Below, one piece after another: positions 1 to 9,987 of a stretch of 64,000 nucleotides of DNA. How positions within the stretch are numbered: position 1 is the stretch's first letter; every line of letters starts with the position of its first letter. The stretch spans positions 1 through 64,000 of the IMG/VR virus record IMGVR_UViG_3300009502_000026; one strand, written 5' to 3'. A model generated the notes under the pieces. The model was not told the DNA's origin and made no database searches. It saw only the letters and a list, made by a program, of their open reading frames with translations. The translations under genes were made by a program, and so were the position numbers. Source of the stretch: a virus.

Positions 1-344
1 CCATCCACACCACCGGCATATCCCGTGGCCTGCCAGAGATTCGAAAGGTAAAGGAGAGCCCGTTCCATGTTGCCAGTCGTTGGCTCCGTCACGGACGGAA
101 CCAACTCAGCAATCACGTCCCCAAAGCCAATCCCACGGACAGGATCAATTGTCCTGGACTGGCTGGGGTTGAACTGGCTCACTACACCCATCTGAGTGAG
201 TGCCTTGTTCCCCTGCCCATACGAGGGTGCCAAAAGACGGACCTTCTGGCTTACCGCTGTCCTTGTATTCGGGGTAGTCCCGTAGTCATAAATATAGGAA
301 CTTCCCTGGAGTCCATTTTGTGGACGGCTATCAGTGTTAGGCAT
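1..344 (-). CDS. Probable tail tube protein (5' part; runs off window)
   Basis: Not in the ORF track. ATG at 344 reads MPNTDSRPQNGLQGSSYIYDYGTTPNTRTAVSQKVRLL...GVVSQFNPSQSRTIDPVRGIGFGD open to the window edge. Lies directly downstream of the tail sheath, the usual sheath-tube order. Confidence 0.7.
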   Translation of the reverse strand, partial: MPNTDSRPQNGLQGSSYIYDYGTTPNTRTAVSQKVRLLAPSYGQGNKALTQMGVVSQFNPSQSRTIDPVRGIGFGDVIAELVPSVTEPTTGNMERALLYLSNLWQATGYAGGVD

Positions 345-392
345 ATCAACCCTCTAGGCCAACAAGTTTGAGGCTTTCATAATCCGGCAGGG

Positions 393-407
393 ATAGGGTT
401 TCCAACG
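393..407 (-). promoter_or_regulatory. Putative late promoter motif CGTT-N7-CTAT
   Basis: CGTTGGAAACCCTAT upstream of the tube gene; the same motif recurs before many structural genes. Confidence 0.55.
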
Positions 408-421
408 AAGGGAAGTGGAAT

Positions 422-453
422 CCTACCTGGGGTTGTTTCCAACCCCAGGTAGG
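422..453 (-). terminator. Perfect 14-bp hairpin between sheath and tube genes (terminator or RNA processing element)
   Basis: CCTACCTGGGGTTG-GAAA-CAACCCCAGGTAGG on the minus strand, 14 nt after the sheath stop; weak U-tract. Confidence 0.6.
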
Positions 454-467
454 TTATCCAACGGTTT

Positions 468-3400
468 CTACGCTGCCGCACTCTGGGATCGAAGGAAATA
501 TTGGACCTTGATGTAGATAAGGGGGAATACAGGTACGAAATATCCTTCTACAAGAGCCCCAGTGGGATCAGAAGGATCTGCTGTAACAGAGATTCCCGTG
601 TAGGAAGTGATGAGTTGCTCTGCCACGGCACGCTTGAACATCATGTTCAAGCGTCCTTCCATCTGTGAGAACAGAGCCGGTAGGTACTTCACTCCAACGA
701 AGGGCTGGAGAGTGTCCCTTGTCCGAATCTGCATCTCGTCTGCAATCTGGATGACCGTAGGAGTCTTGGTCAGAACATTGGTCATGTTCGTGGTCAGACC
801 ATGACGGACCTTGATGAACGGAGCATTCGATTCCAGGACGGTCACACCATCCTGGGCGATCTGGTTCATCTGGACCGTATCCAGAATCCGACCAAGAGCC
901 GTGAAGCCCACTACCCTCTTGTTCTCCCAAGGCGTTGCTACGTCATTGAGAGGGCTGAAGGTCAGTGCCCCTAGGGAGATTGCCAAGTACCTACCGTCTA
1001 CCAGATACTCACGAGAAACCCCGTAAGCATCCGTCAACGAGAAGGTTGTCACGTCCGGGTACACGATACGGACACGCATGGAACCCGTGCCCCGTGCCAT
1101 GGACCGAACCGTCTGGGGAAGAGTTCCCGAAGCACACCCGAAGATTGCAGTCCTCTCCGACTGGTACCGTGCCGAGGATTGCACGTCACAGTTGATTGCC
1201 GTGTAGGAAAGAAGCTGTGTGGTTGCCGGTGTCACCGGGAGGATCAACCGAGGCTTGATTCCACCAGGGAGAGAGGCTCCCGAGGAAGCATCAATCGCTG
1301 AAAGGTAATCGTTCTGTGAAGCATCCGAATACCCAGTCTGCTTCCTTACCTGAAGAGTTCCCACTACAGGGCATCCCTGCAAGAAAGCGAAGTACGCAGC
1401 CAGGGACAGGGGGTTGTCAGGACTTACAGGTCCGTACTCCCGAGTTACATCTGCGAGCTTGAAGAAGAGCTTCGGAGTGAAGTCCTGCTTCGTATAGGTG
1501 TAATCCACGTAGTAGACCTGACCGACAGCGGGCTCATCCCCGTTCTTATCGTAGGTATCCACCAGTGCCGTATCTCCTACTGCCACACCGTCAGTATTGG
1601 TGACCGTAGTCTCCAGACCCGGAATGGACAGGTTAGGAATGCTTCCGTTGGTGGTATGCGTAGCAGACACCCGGAAGGTGATCGTGGCATTCGCCCCGGT
1701 CGGATAGAGGAGTCCACCTTCCCTGGGAAGAATCGTGAGACACAGACCCGTCTTGGAATCCCTGTAGGTCTGGCCTACAAAACCGTCTGCTCCACTTCCC
1801 GAGTTGAAGAAGGAAGTATTGGCAGAACCCGTCCCGTTCACCGTATCCGAAGAGTGAACGAAGTAGCCTACCAGTGCCCCCTGTCCCGTTGCCCCGGACC
1901 CAGCCGCAGCAATCAGGTTGGTTCCGATTGCCAGGGCATTTGCAGCCGAAGCATTGTCCACACGGATGCTGGACCCGGCACCTAGAGTCTTCGACTGAAG
2001 GTACAGGTAATCAACATTCGTCGGGTCCTTCTCTGCCTTGGCAAGTGCCTTACCAGCGAAGTAAGTAACATCAGCCGCAGCATTGAAGAGGAAGGCACTG
2101 AGGGTTGCAGGAACCTGTGCATGGCTCATCAGAGCCGAAACCGTCTGCCGTACTGTTACGGAATGCCTACCATCCGTCTGTCCCGAAGCGAACCCAAGGA
2201 TGGTATTGGCAGAATCATTCCCGATTGTCAGAGATGCAGACTGGCCGTACCCACCACCCACGATTCGGATTGATGCACCTTCCTGGACTGCGGATACCCC
2301 AGTGACACCGGATGCTGTAATAGCAGCCGCAAGCTGGAAGAGGGCCGAACCTGCTGTACCCACGGGGCCTAGAGCCGTCAGTGTACCGGGGCCTGAAGCC
2401 GTGAAGGTACAGGTGATCAGGGAATTCTGAACAAAGAACGTGAACCTGTTGTTTGCAGGAGCCGTGGGATCAGAACCATTATAGAAGGTAATGGCAGGCT
2501 GGCTGTCCCTGGCATCACCCCAATGAAGGGCAGGGATCTGTCCACCGGCCCAACCAACTGTCCCCAGAAGGCTGGGGAGCATGACCGTAGCCCCACCCGC
2601 TGCCTCACCCGTCTCACCGTTAGCAATGGCGAACTTGGTGTTGCCCGTGGAAGCCTGCATGGTCAGGTGGCACTGGGCCAAAGCCGAATGTGCCGTCAGA
2701 GTTCCCGCACCAGGGAAGATACGGTTGCGGAGGACCATCCTATCATACGGAAGCCGTCCAACCGTGGTTGCTACCGTGTACCGAGTAGCAATTGGACCCT
2801 GAACCAGCTTGGTCTGGATACCGAGGGTTGCCGCACCAGTATCAATACCTGCCAGGACTGCGAAGTCCCGAGCCCCTGCCGTAGTGATGAACTCCAGGTA
2901 ACCCGCATCTGCGGCATCTGCAACAGCCAGGGTCAGAGTGAACTGAAGCTGTCCTGTTGCAAGAGCAGTACAGTTGACCGTGCCATTCAGGCCACCAACA
3001 CCATTAATCGTGGCTAGCTGGGTCTGAATCTGAGCAGCCAGAAGTGCTGGGGTTGCATAGGTTCCAGGAGTCAGGGTGATAATCTGATTGCCAGAAAGAC
3101 CACTGACACTACCAGTGTAGTGCAGAGTCAGACGGTCATACTCATTGACAGCAATCGTGATAGACCCGAAAGAGGTTGCCGTCTTGTAATGAGGAGCTAC
3201 CAATGCAGCCGCCGCATTCACAGCCGCTACATAGTGAGCTACCGTTGCACCCGCTACCGTGCCCGTAACTGCCGTGAGAACATCACCGTCCACGTTCAGG
3301 GCTACACCATCATCCAGACCCGAAGTGAGGTTGTAAGTCGTCTCACCCGAAGCAGGAGTGTAACCAACCTCATCACCAACGAGATAAGCCAGAGCACCTA

Positions 3401-5417
3401 CCCGGCTAGAACCCGTGGGATGGAGAAGGTCCATACCAGCGGCTAGACCCGTCTGGTCTGCCGCACCATCAAAGGTCACCCTGAGATGGTCAGAAGCCGA
3501 AGGCACGAAGTAGAAGGGCCCAGGGCTCCCGAAAGCAAACTTCGCAGGAGTTGTGTTCGAAGTGGCAAACTGGACCGTGACGAGTTCCTCTACAGGAGCT
3601 CCACCTTCGATCCTGGAATCAGGGAAGAACTCACTCCCCGAGGGGAAGTTCACAGTGATGACCGAAAGGTCCGTTCCCTTGCCAGTCAGGGAAGCCCCGT
3701 AGAGCCTTGCTGCCGTCGAGAGCTTCGTAACCGTGTAAGTACCCGTTCCACCTGGACCTGGGATCACACAGCCCAAGGAGTAGCCCCCAGTGGACCCACC
3801 CACAGAAGCTTCGTCCACCATCACCGAGTAGTAGAAGGTGGCATACACCGAGGCACCCTCTGGGACCGAAGTTGCCAGAGTGATCGTGGAAGTAGTGGAG
3901 TCCACCTTCAGGACCGTGACCGGGCCCCGAGCGAGAGCATCCGTGACGTTGAAGCCCCAGTAGGCAATCACAAGGTCAGGACGGTTCGTGGGGAGGTCAA
4001 TCCTGCCATTGGCAAGAAGGTTGAAATTCGTTGCCCCCAGAGGGTTGCCACGCCCGTTGCCGGTCGTCGGCTGGAATGGAAGCTGGAACTGGGTGAGGCT
4101 GGACACATTCGGGGTCACCGAAGTGTTCAGCACCGGAGTACAAGATGCCATATATGCCCTGGCATCCACCATCAGGGACGAAACCTGATTGGAACCAAAG
4201 GTTGTGGCACCTACCGTGTGTACACCCGGAAGAACCTTGAATGCCGTCCCCCAGATGATTGTGTCATCCTTGAGAACGAAGCTCACACCATCAATGTAGG
4301 TAGACGAGATGGAAGCAGATTCAACCGTGAGAGCACAGCGGTCAATGTTAGTAACCCCAATGTTCTCCAGGTAATCGAAGGTGTCCTGCCATGTGTTGTA
4401 GTAATAGGTGATCGTTACCCTGGCACCCGCAGCCGGGGGCTGAGACAGGATTACGGCACCCGTAGTACCATTGACAGAAACCGGGATGACCTGAACACCA
4501 GCTACACGTACCGTAAGGGTAGCAGGATCAGTAGTAGTCACACCCCCGTTGGAACCGTCTACGATGGGACGGTTGAAGACGTAGAAGGTAGCATTCCTAG
4601 CCGTGCTCGTCCGATCAGTGATTCCAAGTACCGTGTTGGCAGAGCCAGTCCCAATCACGATGCTCTGTGCAGCCGAAAGAGCAATGCAAGTCAGACCCAG
4701 GTTACTGACATAGACCGAAGCCGTCAGAGTCCTGAGTGCAGCCGTATTGATCGCAGCTACCACAGCCGCAGCCGTTACAGCCGTACCAATGGGCAGAGTG
4801 ATGTTGGTCTGAGCCGAACCATCAACAGACACCTGGAGGGTGTTGTTGATGGAGGACATGTTGAAGTTCTGTCCGTTGATCCCGTACAGGATTGCAGCCG
4901 TGGTGGTAACCTGTGCGGAGACATCATCCGTCACCAGGGTATCCGTCCGGTCAAAGTAGTAGGTGCAACGGACTACATCCGTGACTAGGGGGGTAGCTGC
5001 AATCTCTACGATGCCCTTCCGGCCATCCACAGAGAGAACCACCACCGGGATGTTATTGATTTTCACTGACACTGAACCCACGGAGTTCGTGAGAGTGCCC
5101 GTTCCATCACCATTCACCAGAGGACGGTTGCGTACCTGAAGCTTTGTAAGAGTCGCTCCATCCCAGTCACCCAGAGTGACAGAACCATCTGGGTTAATGG
5201 CTACAACAGCCCGACCCGTCTCATCCTCATCCACGATTCTCTGGTCAATGGTAGCAGAGCTACCCCGAACAAGCTGGAGTCCTGTGCGGGACAGAAGCTC
5301 GTTACCAGTCCCAATCAGAATCGGAATCCTGGAAGGAATCGAAGTGGGGGGAGTGGGTACCTCAAACTGAGTCTGAGTGTATACTCCAGGAGGCAGGTAG
5401 CCGGTGTCATCGAGCAT
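468..5417 (-). CDS. Contractile tail sheath protein, unusually large (1649 aa)
   Basis: N-terminal YLPPGVYT and ILIGTG; C-terminal sheath domain (EYGP..NPLSLAA, ERTAIFG, GVTVLE...VRHGLTT, YFVPVFPLIYI); long beta-rich insertions; SD AGGAG. Confidence 0.9.
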   Translation of the reverse strand: MLDDTGYLPPGVYTQTQFEVPTPPTSIPSRIPILIGTGNELLSRTGLQLVRGSSATIDQRIVDEDETGRAVVAINPDGSVTLGDWDGATLTKLQVRNRPLVNGDGTGTLTNSVGSVSVKINNIPVVVLSVDGRKGIVEIAATPLVTDVVRCTYYFDRTDTLVTDDVSAQVTTTAAILYGINGQNFNMSSINNTLQVSVDGSAQTNITLPIGTAVTAAAVVAAINTAALRTLTASVYVSNLGLTCIALSAAQSIVIGTGSANTVLGITDRTSTARNATFYVFNRPIVDGSNGGVTTTDPATLTVRVAGVQVIPVSVNGTTGAVILSQPPAAGARVTITYYYNTWQDTFDYLENIGVTNIDRCALTVESASISSTYIDGVSFVLKDDTIIWGTAFKVLPGVHTVGATTFGSNQVSSLMVDARAYMASCTPVLNTSVTPNVSSLTQFQLPFQPTTGNGRGNPLGATNFNLLANGRIDLPTNRPDLVIAYWGFNVTDALARGPVTVLKVDSTTSTITLATSVPEGASVYATFYYSVMVDEASVGGSTGGYSLGCVIPGPGGTGTYTVTKLSTAARLYGASLTGKGTDLSVITVNFPSGSEFFPDSRIEGGAPVEELVTVQFATSNTTPAKFAFGSPGPFYFVPSASDHLRVTFDGAADQTGLAAGMDLLHPTGSSRVGALAYLVGDEVGYTPASGETTYNLTSGLDDGVALNVDGDVLTAVTGTVAGATVAHYVAAVNAAAALVAPHYKTATSFGSITIAVNEYDRLTLHYTGSVSGLSGNQIITLTPGTYATPALLAAQIQTQLATINGVGGLNGTVNCTALATGQLQFTLTLAVADAADAGYLEFITTAGARDFAVLAGIDTGAATLGIQTKLVQGPIATRYTVATTVGRLPYDRMVLRNRIFPGAGTLTAHSALAQCHLTMQASTGNTKFAIANGETGEAAGGATVMLPSLLGTVGWAGGQIPALHWGDARDSQPAITFYNGSDPTAPANNRFTFFVQNSLITCTFTASGPGTLTALGPVGTAGSALFQLAAAITASGVTGVSAVQEGASIRIVGGGYGQSASLTIGNDSANTILGFASGQTDGRHSVTVRQTVSALMSHAQVPATLSAFLFNAAADVTYFAGKALAKAEKDPTNVDYLYLQSKTLGAGSSIRVDNASAANALAIGTNLIAAAGSGATGQGALVGYFVHSSDTVNGTGSANTSFFNSGSGADGFVGQTYRDSKTGLCLTILPREGGLLYPTGANATITFRVSATHTTNGSIPNLSIPGLETTVTNTDGVAVGDTALVDTYDKNGDEPAVGQVYYVDYTYTKQDFTPKLFFKLADVTREYGPVSPDNPLSLAAYFAFLQGCPVVGTLQVRKQTGYSDASQNDYLSAIDASSGASLPGGIKPRLILPVTPATTQLLSYTAINCDVQSSARYQSERTAIFGCASGTLPQTVRSMARGTGSMRVRIVYPDVTTFSLTDAYGVSREYLVDGRYLAISLGALTFSPLNDVATPWENKRVVGFTALGRILDTVQMNQIAQDGVTVLESNAPFIKVRHGLTTNMTNVLTKTPTVIQIADEMQIRTRDTLQPFVGVKYLPALFSQMEGRLNMMFKRAVAEQLITSYTGISVTADPSDPTGALVEGYFVPVFPLIYIKVQYFLRSQSAAA

Positions 5418-5543
5418 TGGAATCTCTCCTAGTCCTTTAGGCAGGCATCACCAATTCACATCAACCACAGCCCCTCTGGGACTGGGAAAACCCTGGAGTG
5501 ATCCAGGTAGCACAAGGGATTTATCTACATCTTGTCCAGGGCT

Positions 5544-5558
5544 ATTGCCCGGTTACCG
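5544..5558 (-). promoter_or_regulatory. Putative late promoter CGGT-N7-CAAT
   Basis: CGGTAACCGGGCAAT upstream of the sheath gene. Confidence 0.45.
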
Positions 5559-5562
5559 AAGG

Positions 5563-6015
5563 TCAGACATCCTTAGAGAGTTTCTGACCTTCGGCTTTGA
5601 TAACTCCAATGGCGCTAGCATGAACTTTTCGACCTAGTTCGGCTGCTTGACGTTCCACTGGGGTCATCACTCGATAGCTACCATCATCGTTCCGAGACAG
5701 GTCATAACCCGTACTTCCAGGGTTGCTAGCTATAACTCGTCTCTTGTCTTCAACTCTGGAGATAATGCCATTCCACTTCTGTTTGGCATCAATCCCAATC
5801 ACCCGGTCTACATCATGGTCAATCGAGGCCATCCCCGTATCCTGGGGACCCATTCCCTTGACTGTAGATGAGAAGGCAACACTCATCGAAGACGGCACCA
5901 ACCTGGATGCCATCTTCCCACACTTGCACTTGGTCGGAGATTCTGGGGTGGAGGCAGAACCCCTACCAGAGAATCTCAAACCGCAAGCTTCACACTGATA
6001 GCTGTAGGTGGGAAT
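5563..6015 (-). CDS. FmdB-family zinc-ribbon protein (probable ATT start)
   Basis: The frame extends upstream of the listed TTG (5979) to ATT-CCC-ACC-TAC = (M)PTYSYQCEACG...CKCG, preceded by SD GAGAGG; paralog at 51167. Confidence 0.75.
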   Translation of the reverse strand: MPTYSYQCEACGLRFSGRGSASTPESPTKCKCGKMASRLVPSSMSVAFSSTVKGMGPQDTGMASIDHDVDRVIGIDAKQKWNGIISRVEDKRRVIASNPGSTGYDLSRNDDGSYRVMTPVERQAAELGRKVHASAIGVIKAEGQKLSKDV

Positions 6016-6073
6016 GGTGTACCTCTCTGACTATGGGAGAGGTATAGAGGAGATATGGCAGAGAAAAGTGAAC

Positions 6074-6982
6074 CTATCGGGCGTTGTGAGTTAAAGACTC
6101 TGCATTCTTCCTGGTGACATGAAGCATCTCTTCCAAATCTTCAAGCTGCCTGTCATGCTCTTCACGGTCCTTATCAAAGTCCTTCCCGGCTCCTTCAAGG
6201 ACTTTCCCATCCTTCTTATGTTCATCAAGGATATCGTAGAGCTTTTCCTCAAAAGCCCTCAACTTGGGCACATCCTTGATGGTCTTCTTGTTTGTAGCAT
6301 AGATTTCGTCATCATATTCCTTCTTGGTGTCCTTGAAGCGTTTGGATGCCTTATCTTGAGTACTCTTGATTTCTTTGAGCTTCGCTGGAGACACCTTATG
6401 TGTGGTCTTCTTCTTGTGGCTAGTTATAGCCTGCTCAACTTCTCCAATTTTACTCTTCAGTGTTCCCTGAAGGTCAGTGTTCCTCTCAGCGTACCTACCC
6501 TTGGTGCCTTCCTTCTTGTCCTTCTCCACTTGAGCGTTCGTAGCAGAGAGAAGGTCTTCCAAGGTCTTCTTCACTTCTTGAAGTTCAGATACCACATGAT
6601 GGGGGTTCTGACTTGTCCCCACTGAGAAAGTGACTCTGTTATAGTAGGAATTGGGGTCAACTTTGACCTTGCTATTCTTATCACCTTTGAGTTGCTTCAG
6701 TTTGCTATCCAAATCACCACCGGACTCTCCAGTTTCTTTGGATTTCTCTTCAGCCTTATCCGGTGCCCTCTCTTCCTTCTCCGGTGCCTTCTGAGACTCA
6801 GAACCACCCGAAGGAGCCTTCACCGTATGCTTGACATGACTCTTGGGGTGATCCTTCAAGTACTTGTCCAGAGCTTCCTGTGAAGGGAACTCCATAGCTG
6901 TCTTCAGGATAGGAAGCAGATGGGGCCGAAGCTCAAGGTTGGAATGAGCTAACTTGATGAGCTTAGTCCGAAGTGTGTCTAC
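6074..6982 (-). CDS. Leader-tagged, highly charged (K/E-rich) putative virion internal protein (probable GTA start)
   Basis: In-frame extension upstream of the ATG at 6895 encodes (V)DTLRTKLIKLAHSNLELRPHLLPILKTA, followed by the MEFPSQEALDKYLKDHP module and coiled coils. Confidence 0.7.
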   Translation of the reverse strand, partial: VDTLRTKLIKLAHSNLELRPHLLPILKTAMEFPSQEALDKYLKDHPKSHVKHTVKAPSGGSESQKAPEKEERAPDKAEEKSKETGESGGDLDSKLKQLKGDKNSKVKVDPNSYYNRVTFSVGTSQNPHHVVSELQEVKKTLEDLLSATNAQVEKDKKEGTKGRYAERNTDLQGTLKSKIGEVEQAITSHKKKTTHKVSPAKLKEIKSTQDKASKRFKDTKKEYDDEIYATNKKTIKDVPKLRAFEEKLYDILDEHKKDGKVLEGAGKDFDKDREEHDRQLEDLEEMLHVTRKNAESLTHNAR

Positions 6983-7027
6983 CCTAGGTCCTCACCCTTG
7001 AAACGTAATAGGATTTCTACTTGACGG

Positions 7028-8149
7028 TCACTTGATGACTTCGTAGTTCTTGAGGGGATGCTGGAAGTACATGTCCCTGTAGGGCCGAAGTCCCAGAGAT
7101 TCGGCTACCATAGTAGTAGTCCCTGTGAAACCCTCAATGGAAACCGTCAAGGGAACGAAAGCCCCCCATTCAGTCTCTACAGTCACCGAGATAGATGAGT
7201 TATAGAAGTAGTCATCACCATTCTCATCGTAGACTTCTTCGGACTCGCCACCCATGGAAACATCTGTAATCTCAACACCTTGGGAAGATAAAGTAGGCCG
7301 AAGGATGCCCCAGAGATACACGGCTGTCTGATCCGCTATCTCCATCTGGGCATTAGTGTCACGGGTCATCACTGTAATGTCTAGGGTCTGTTCCCACTTG
7401 CCCCCGTACTGGAGGTAAGCATCCTGACGGTAGGGGGTGACAATCACAGCGAACCTATCACCTACCGCTACCCGGTGCCCAAAGGCAAGTACACACCCTG
7501 GAATGGGCTTGTTGACCCCTGTATTGTACTCCAGGGGCCAAGGACCCGAAGACTCCCCAGGATACCTGTAGTCTGCGGTCAAAGACAATCCCCGTGGAAG
7601 GGGCTCCCTCAACGTGAAGACTGACCCGTCTTCGTTGAGGGTGTAGTCCACACCTTCAACCAGTTTCCGAGAACTGGGGAGTTCATAGAGCCGCAGGCTC
7701 CTACGAAGGGGTGTATGGAGGAGTGTCCCCTCTACAGGGGAAGTCATCATCACCTGTTCGGCCTGAACAGTATACAGGGGGTCAACGTGGAACTCTTTCT
7801 CACCTGTAATCTCACAGTAGTAGGCACCTGGGAGAGATGGGAACACCCCCCTATTGTCCTGGATGGCTATGGCATCTTCCCGTACCCACTCACAAGATAG
7901 ACCTGTGTAGTTAGGAACGTAAGCCAAGAAGCAATAGCTCTTGAGAGTTCCCATGAAGTTGTCGGCAGACAACTGTAACTTGTTTGCTTGACCACCCTTG
8001 ACAATGATCCCGTACTGGGGTCTCTCTTTGAAAGAATATTTACCCTGGATATTGTCGGGTAGGTCTGGATAGGCTGGGTGATTCGCCCAGAACTCACGGA
8101 GTTCCAGGATGAACCTACGTTTTGTGGCCTGGGTTAAGTGAAGGAACAA
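7028..8149 (-). CDS. Putative tail completion/terminator-like virion protein
   Basis: 373 aa in the morphogenesis block; C-terminal LDITVMTRD...EIADQ...YNSSISVTVETEW resembles tail terminator topology; SD GGGAG. Confidence 0.45.
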   Translation of the reverse strand: MFLHLTQATKRRFILELREFWANHPAYPDLPDNIQGKYSFKERPQYGIIVKGGQANKLQLSADNFMGTLKSYCFLAYVPNYTGLSCEWVREDAIAIQDNRGVFPSLPGAYYCEITGEKEFHVDPLYTVQAEQVMMTSPVEGTLLHTPLRRSLRLYELPSSRKLVEGVDYTLNEDGSVFTLREPLPRGLSLTADYRYPGESSGPWPLEYNTGVNKPIPGCVLAFGHRVAVGDRFAVIVTPYRQDAYLQYGGKWEQTLDITVMTRDTNAQMEIADQTAVYLWGILRPTLSSQGVEITDVSMGGESEEVYDENGDDYFYNSSISVTVETEWGAFVPLTVSIEGFTGTTTMVAESLGLRPYRDMYFQHPLKNYEVIK

Positions 8150-8190
8150 GTGATCTCCCTACACTACCGGGTTACAGGAGAATCAACGGA

Positions 8191-8511
8191 CTACTTGGAC
8201 ATCTTCTTCAATTCGGTCTTGACCCGCTTGGCAACTTCACCCTTCCAAGAACTCGCATTATTGAGGAAGTAGGCTACAATCCCCTTACCAGAATCAGCAC
8301 CGTAGTTATCTGTAATCTTGTCCAAACCAGACATAGCTTCCAAGTAGGGCTTGGCTGCGAAGTTGACATTCTTCCAGTCCCGACGAATCTCGTCTGCAAT
8401 CTCATGGAGCGGACGTGTGCTATCTGCCGTGAGAATAGGGAGTAGATGTGGGCGTAGCTCAGGATTTGCGTGAGCTAGACGAATGATCTTGGAACGGAGA
8501 GGATCGGTCAT
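8191..8511 (-). CDS. Leader-tagged small helical phage protein (106 aa)
   Basis: Likely start MTDPLRSKIIRLAHANPELRPHLLPILTA with SD AGGAG; body RPLHEIADEIRRDWKNV..AKPYL..YFLNNASSWKG resembles a phage hypothetical family. Confidence 0.8.
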   Translation of the reverse strand: MTDPLRSKIIRLAHANPELRPHLLPILTADSTRPLHEIADEIRRDWKNVNFAAKPYLEAMSGLDKITDNYGADSGKGIVAYFLNNASSWKGEVAKRVKTELKKMSK

Positions 8512-8548
8512 GGATAGAACTCCTACAAGGAGTTCTACCATAGGGAAG

Positions 8549-8980
8549 CTACTTAGGAGTCTTGAGCTTGATGATTCCTTGATGAAGAGCATCCTTGTCC
8601 AGATTGGATTCAGGACGGGGCATGTGAGGTAGACCCCCACGAAGAGCATCAATGTCAATCTTAGGGGATGACTCCCACAAGGTAGACAACTCTTCAACTT
8701 CCCTCTTGGCAAGGACACCCTTGAGCTTGCGGTAAGGCCACAGAGCCGTGTGGATCTTCTGCTTCAGTCTCAAGTAGGGAAGGTAAGCAGGACTGAGACT
8801 AAACTTGCGGTGTAGTTTTGGGGTTTGGAGTCGGAGCTTCAGGAAAAGTAGTGCCTCTACTGACACCATCTTTGAGATGGGGCCCTTCAGTTGCGTCTGA
8901 TAGAAATCCTCTAGGGTCTTGTGGATTCTCTCCACCTTTACCTGAAAAGAATAGATGATCTTGGGGGTCTTGAAAATCAT
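8549..8980 (-). CDS. Hypothetical basic protein
   Basis: 143 aa; ATGA overlap with the stop of the actin-like gene. Confidence 0.55.
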   Translation of the reverse strand: MIFKTPKIIYSFQVKVERIHKTLEDFYQTQLKGPISKMVSVEALLFLKLRLQTPKLHRKFSLSPAYLPYLRLKQKIHTALWPYRKLKGVLAKREVEELSTLWESSPKIDIDALRGGLPHMPRPESNLDKDALHQGIIKLKTPK

Positions 8981-9987
8981 TCTGCGTACTCCTGGAGAGC
9001 TTGTACCAATAGACCTTGTGCTACTGCATTCAGAGGATCAACCGCTGCCCGTACTTCAGAAATCTCGATGGGGAACTTCTTCCTCTTCCGGTCAAACACC
9101 ATATTGAAGAAGTCCAAGAAACCCCCAGCCTTGGATGTCCCACCAGAGACAATCATGGGGATAGGCTTCGGAGCCGAGAACTTATGGGCAATGTTCCCGA
9201 ACTGAAGAGCAATCTGGTCCAGAACGTACTCCACCATTGAACGGTAGTAGAACACCAGTGCCTCTTCCTCCCGACCCTTGGGAGCCATGAGGTCAATGCC
9301 CTTCTCCTTCAGATAGCACAGACGTGCCTGGGTGGACCCGATGGACGTAGCCGCACCATGGTCAATCCAGTCACCCCCACGGGCAACACTGAAACTCAGT
9401 GCCTCAATAGTGTTCAGTGCCAGAGCTACGTTTACCATCCCCGAACCGAAAGAAATCCCAATCCCAGAGAAGCCTTCCTTGGCTGTTTCACTGTAGATAA
9501 TCCCCATGGCTTCATTCGCAGCCGTAGGGGTGTACCCACAGTCCCGAACAATTCTCTCCAGGATTCCTCGATGGTAGATCACGTCCCGGTCTGTTTGGTC
9601 CATAGGTGCCGCAGGGACCGAGAAGTAGCAATGTTCCTTCTCGACTCTTGGGTCACCCAAGACAGACTTGATCAGGAGTGCCAGAATCTCCAGGGCATCC
9701 CCTTCTCTGGAGGAAATCATCCCTGAAGCCAAGGGCCTACGGGCTTCTCGGCCGAAGATGTTGGCTGTCTCCAGAGCAGCATCTCCGAGAATAAGAATCT
9801 CGTTGGGCCTCTCAACGTAGCCCACACCAGTGAGCTTCAACATTTTCTTGGCTTCCACAGGAAGCTCCAGGAAGGCATCCCGGATACGCCTAGTCTCTAC
9901 ACCTTTGAGAGTCTTTCGTGCGGAAACAATATTCATTGTACCAATATCTGCCCCGACCCCTGGAGAAAGCTTCTCAACCATTACCAA
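8977..9987 (-). CDS. Actin-fold ATPase (MreB/ParM/FtsA superfamily)
   Basis: Phosphate-1 GADIGTMNI, connect NEAMG, phosphate-2 ISFGSGMVNV, GGDWID, adenosine VSGGTS, terminal AVAQG. Confidence 0.85.
   Translation of the reverse strand: MVMVEKLSPGVGADIGTMNIVSARKTLKGVETRRIRDAFLELPVEAKKMLKLTGVGYVERPNEILILGDAALETANIFGREARRPLASGMISSREGDALEILALLIKSVLGDPRVEKEHCYFSVPAAPMDQTDRDVIYHRGILERIVRDCGYTPTAANEAMGIIYSETAKEGFSGIGISFGSGMVNVALALNTIEALSFSVARGGDWIDHGAATSIGSTQARLCYLKEKGIDLMAPKGREEEALVFYYRSMVEYVLDQIALQFGNIAHKFSAPKPIPMIVSGGTSKAGGFLDFFNMVFDRKRKKFPIEISEVRAAVDPLNAVAQGLLVQALQEYAE

Noticed and set aside
3486-4988. 500-aa plus-strand ORF
   Set aside because: Antisense shadow of the tail sheath gene; Arg/Ser-rich composition typical of non-coding frames.
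8512-8718. N-terminal extension of the 8191 ORF
   Set aside because: Overlaps gene 8549-8980; the SD and tag identify ATG 8511.
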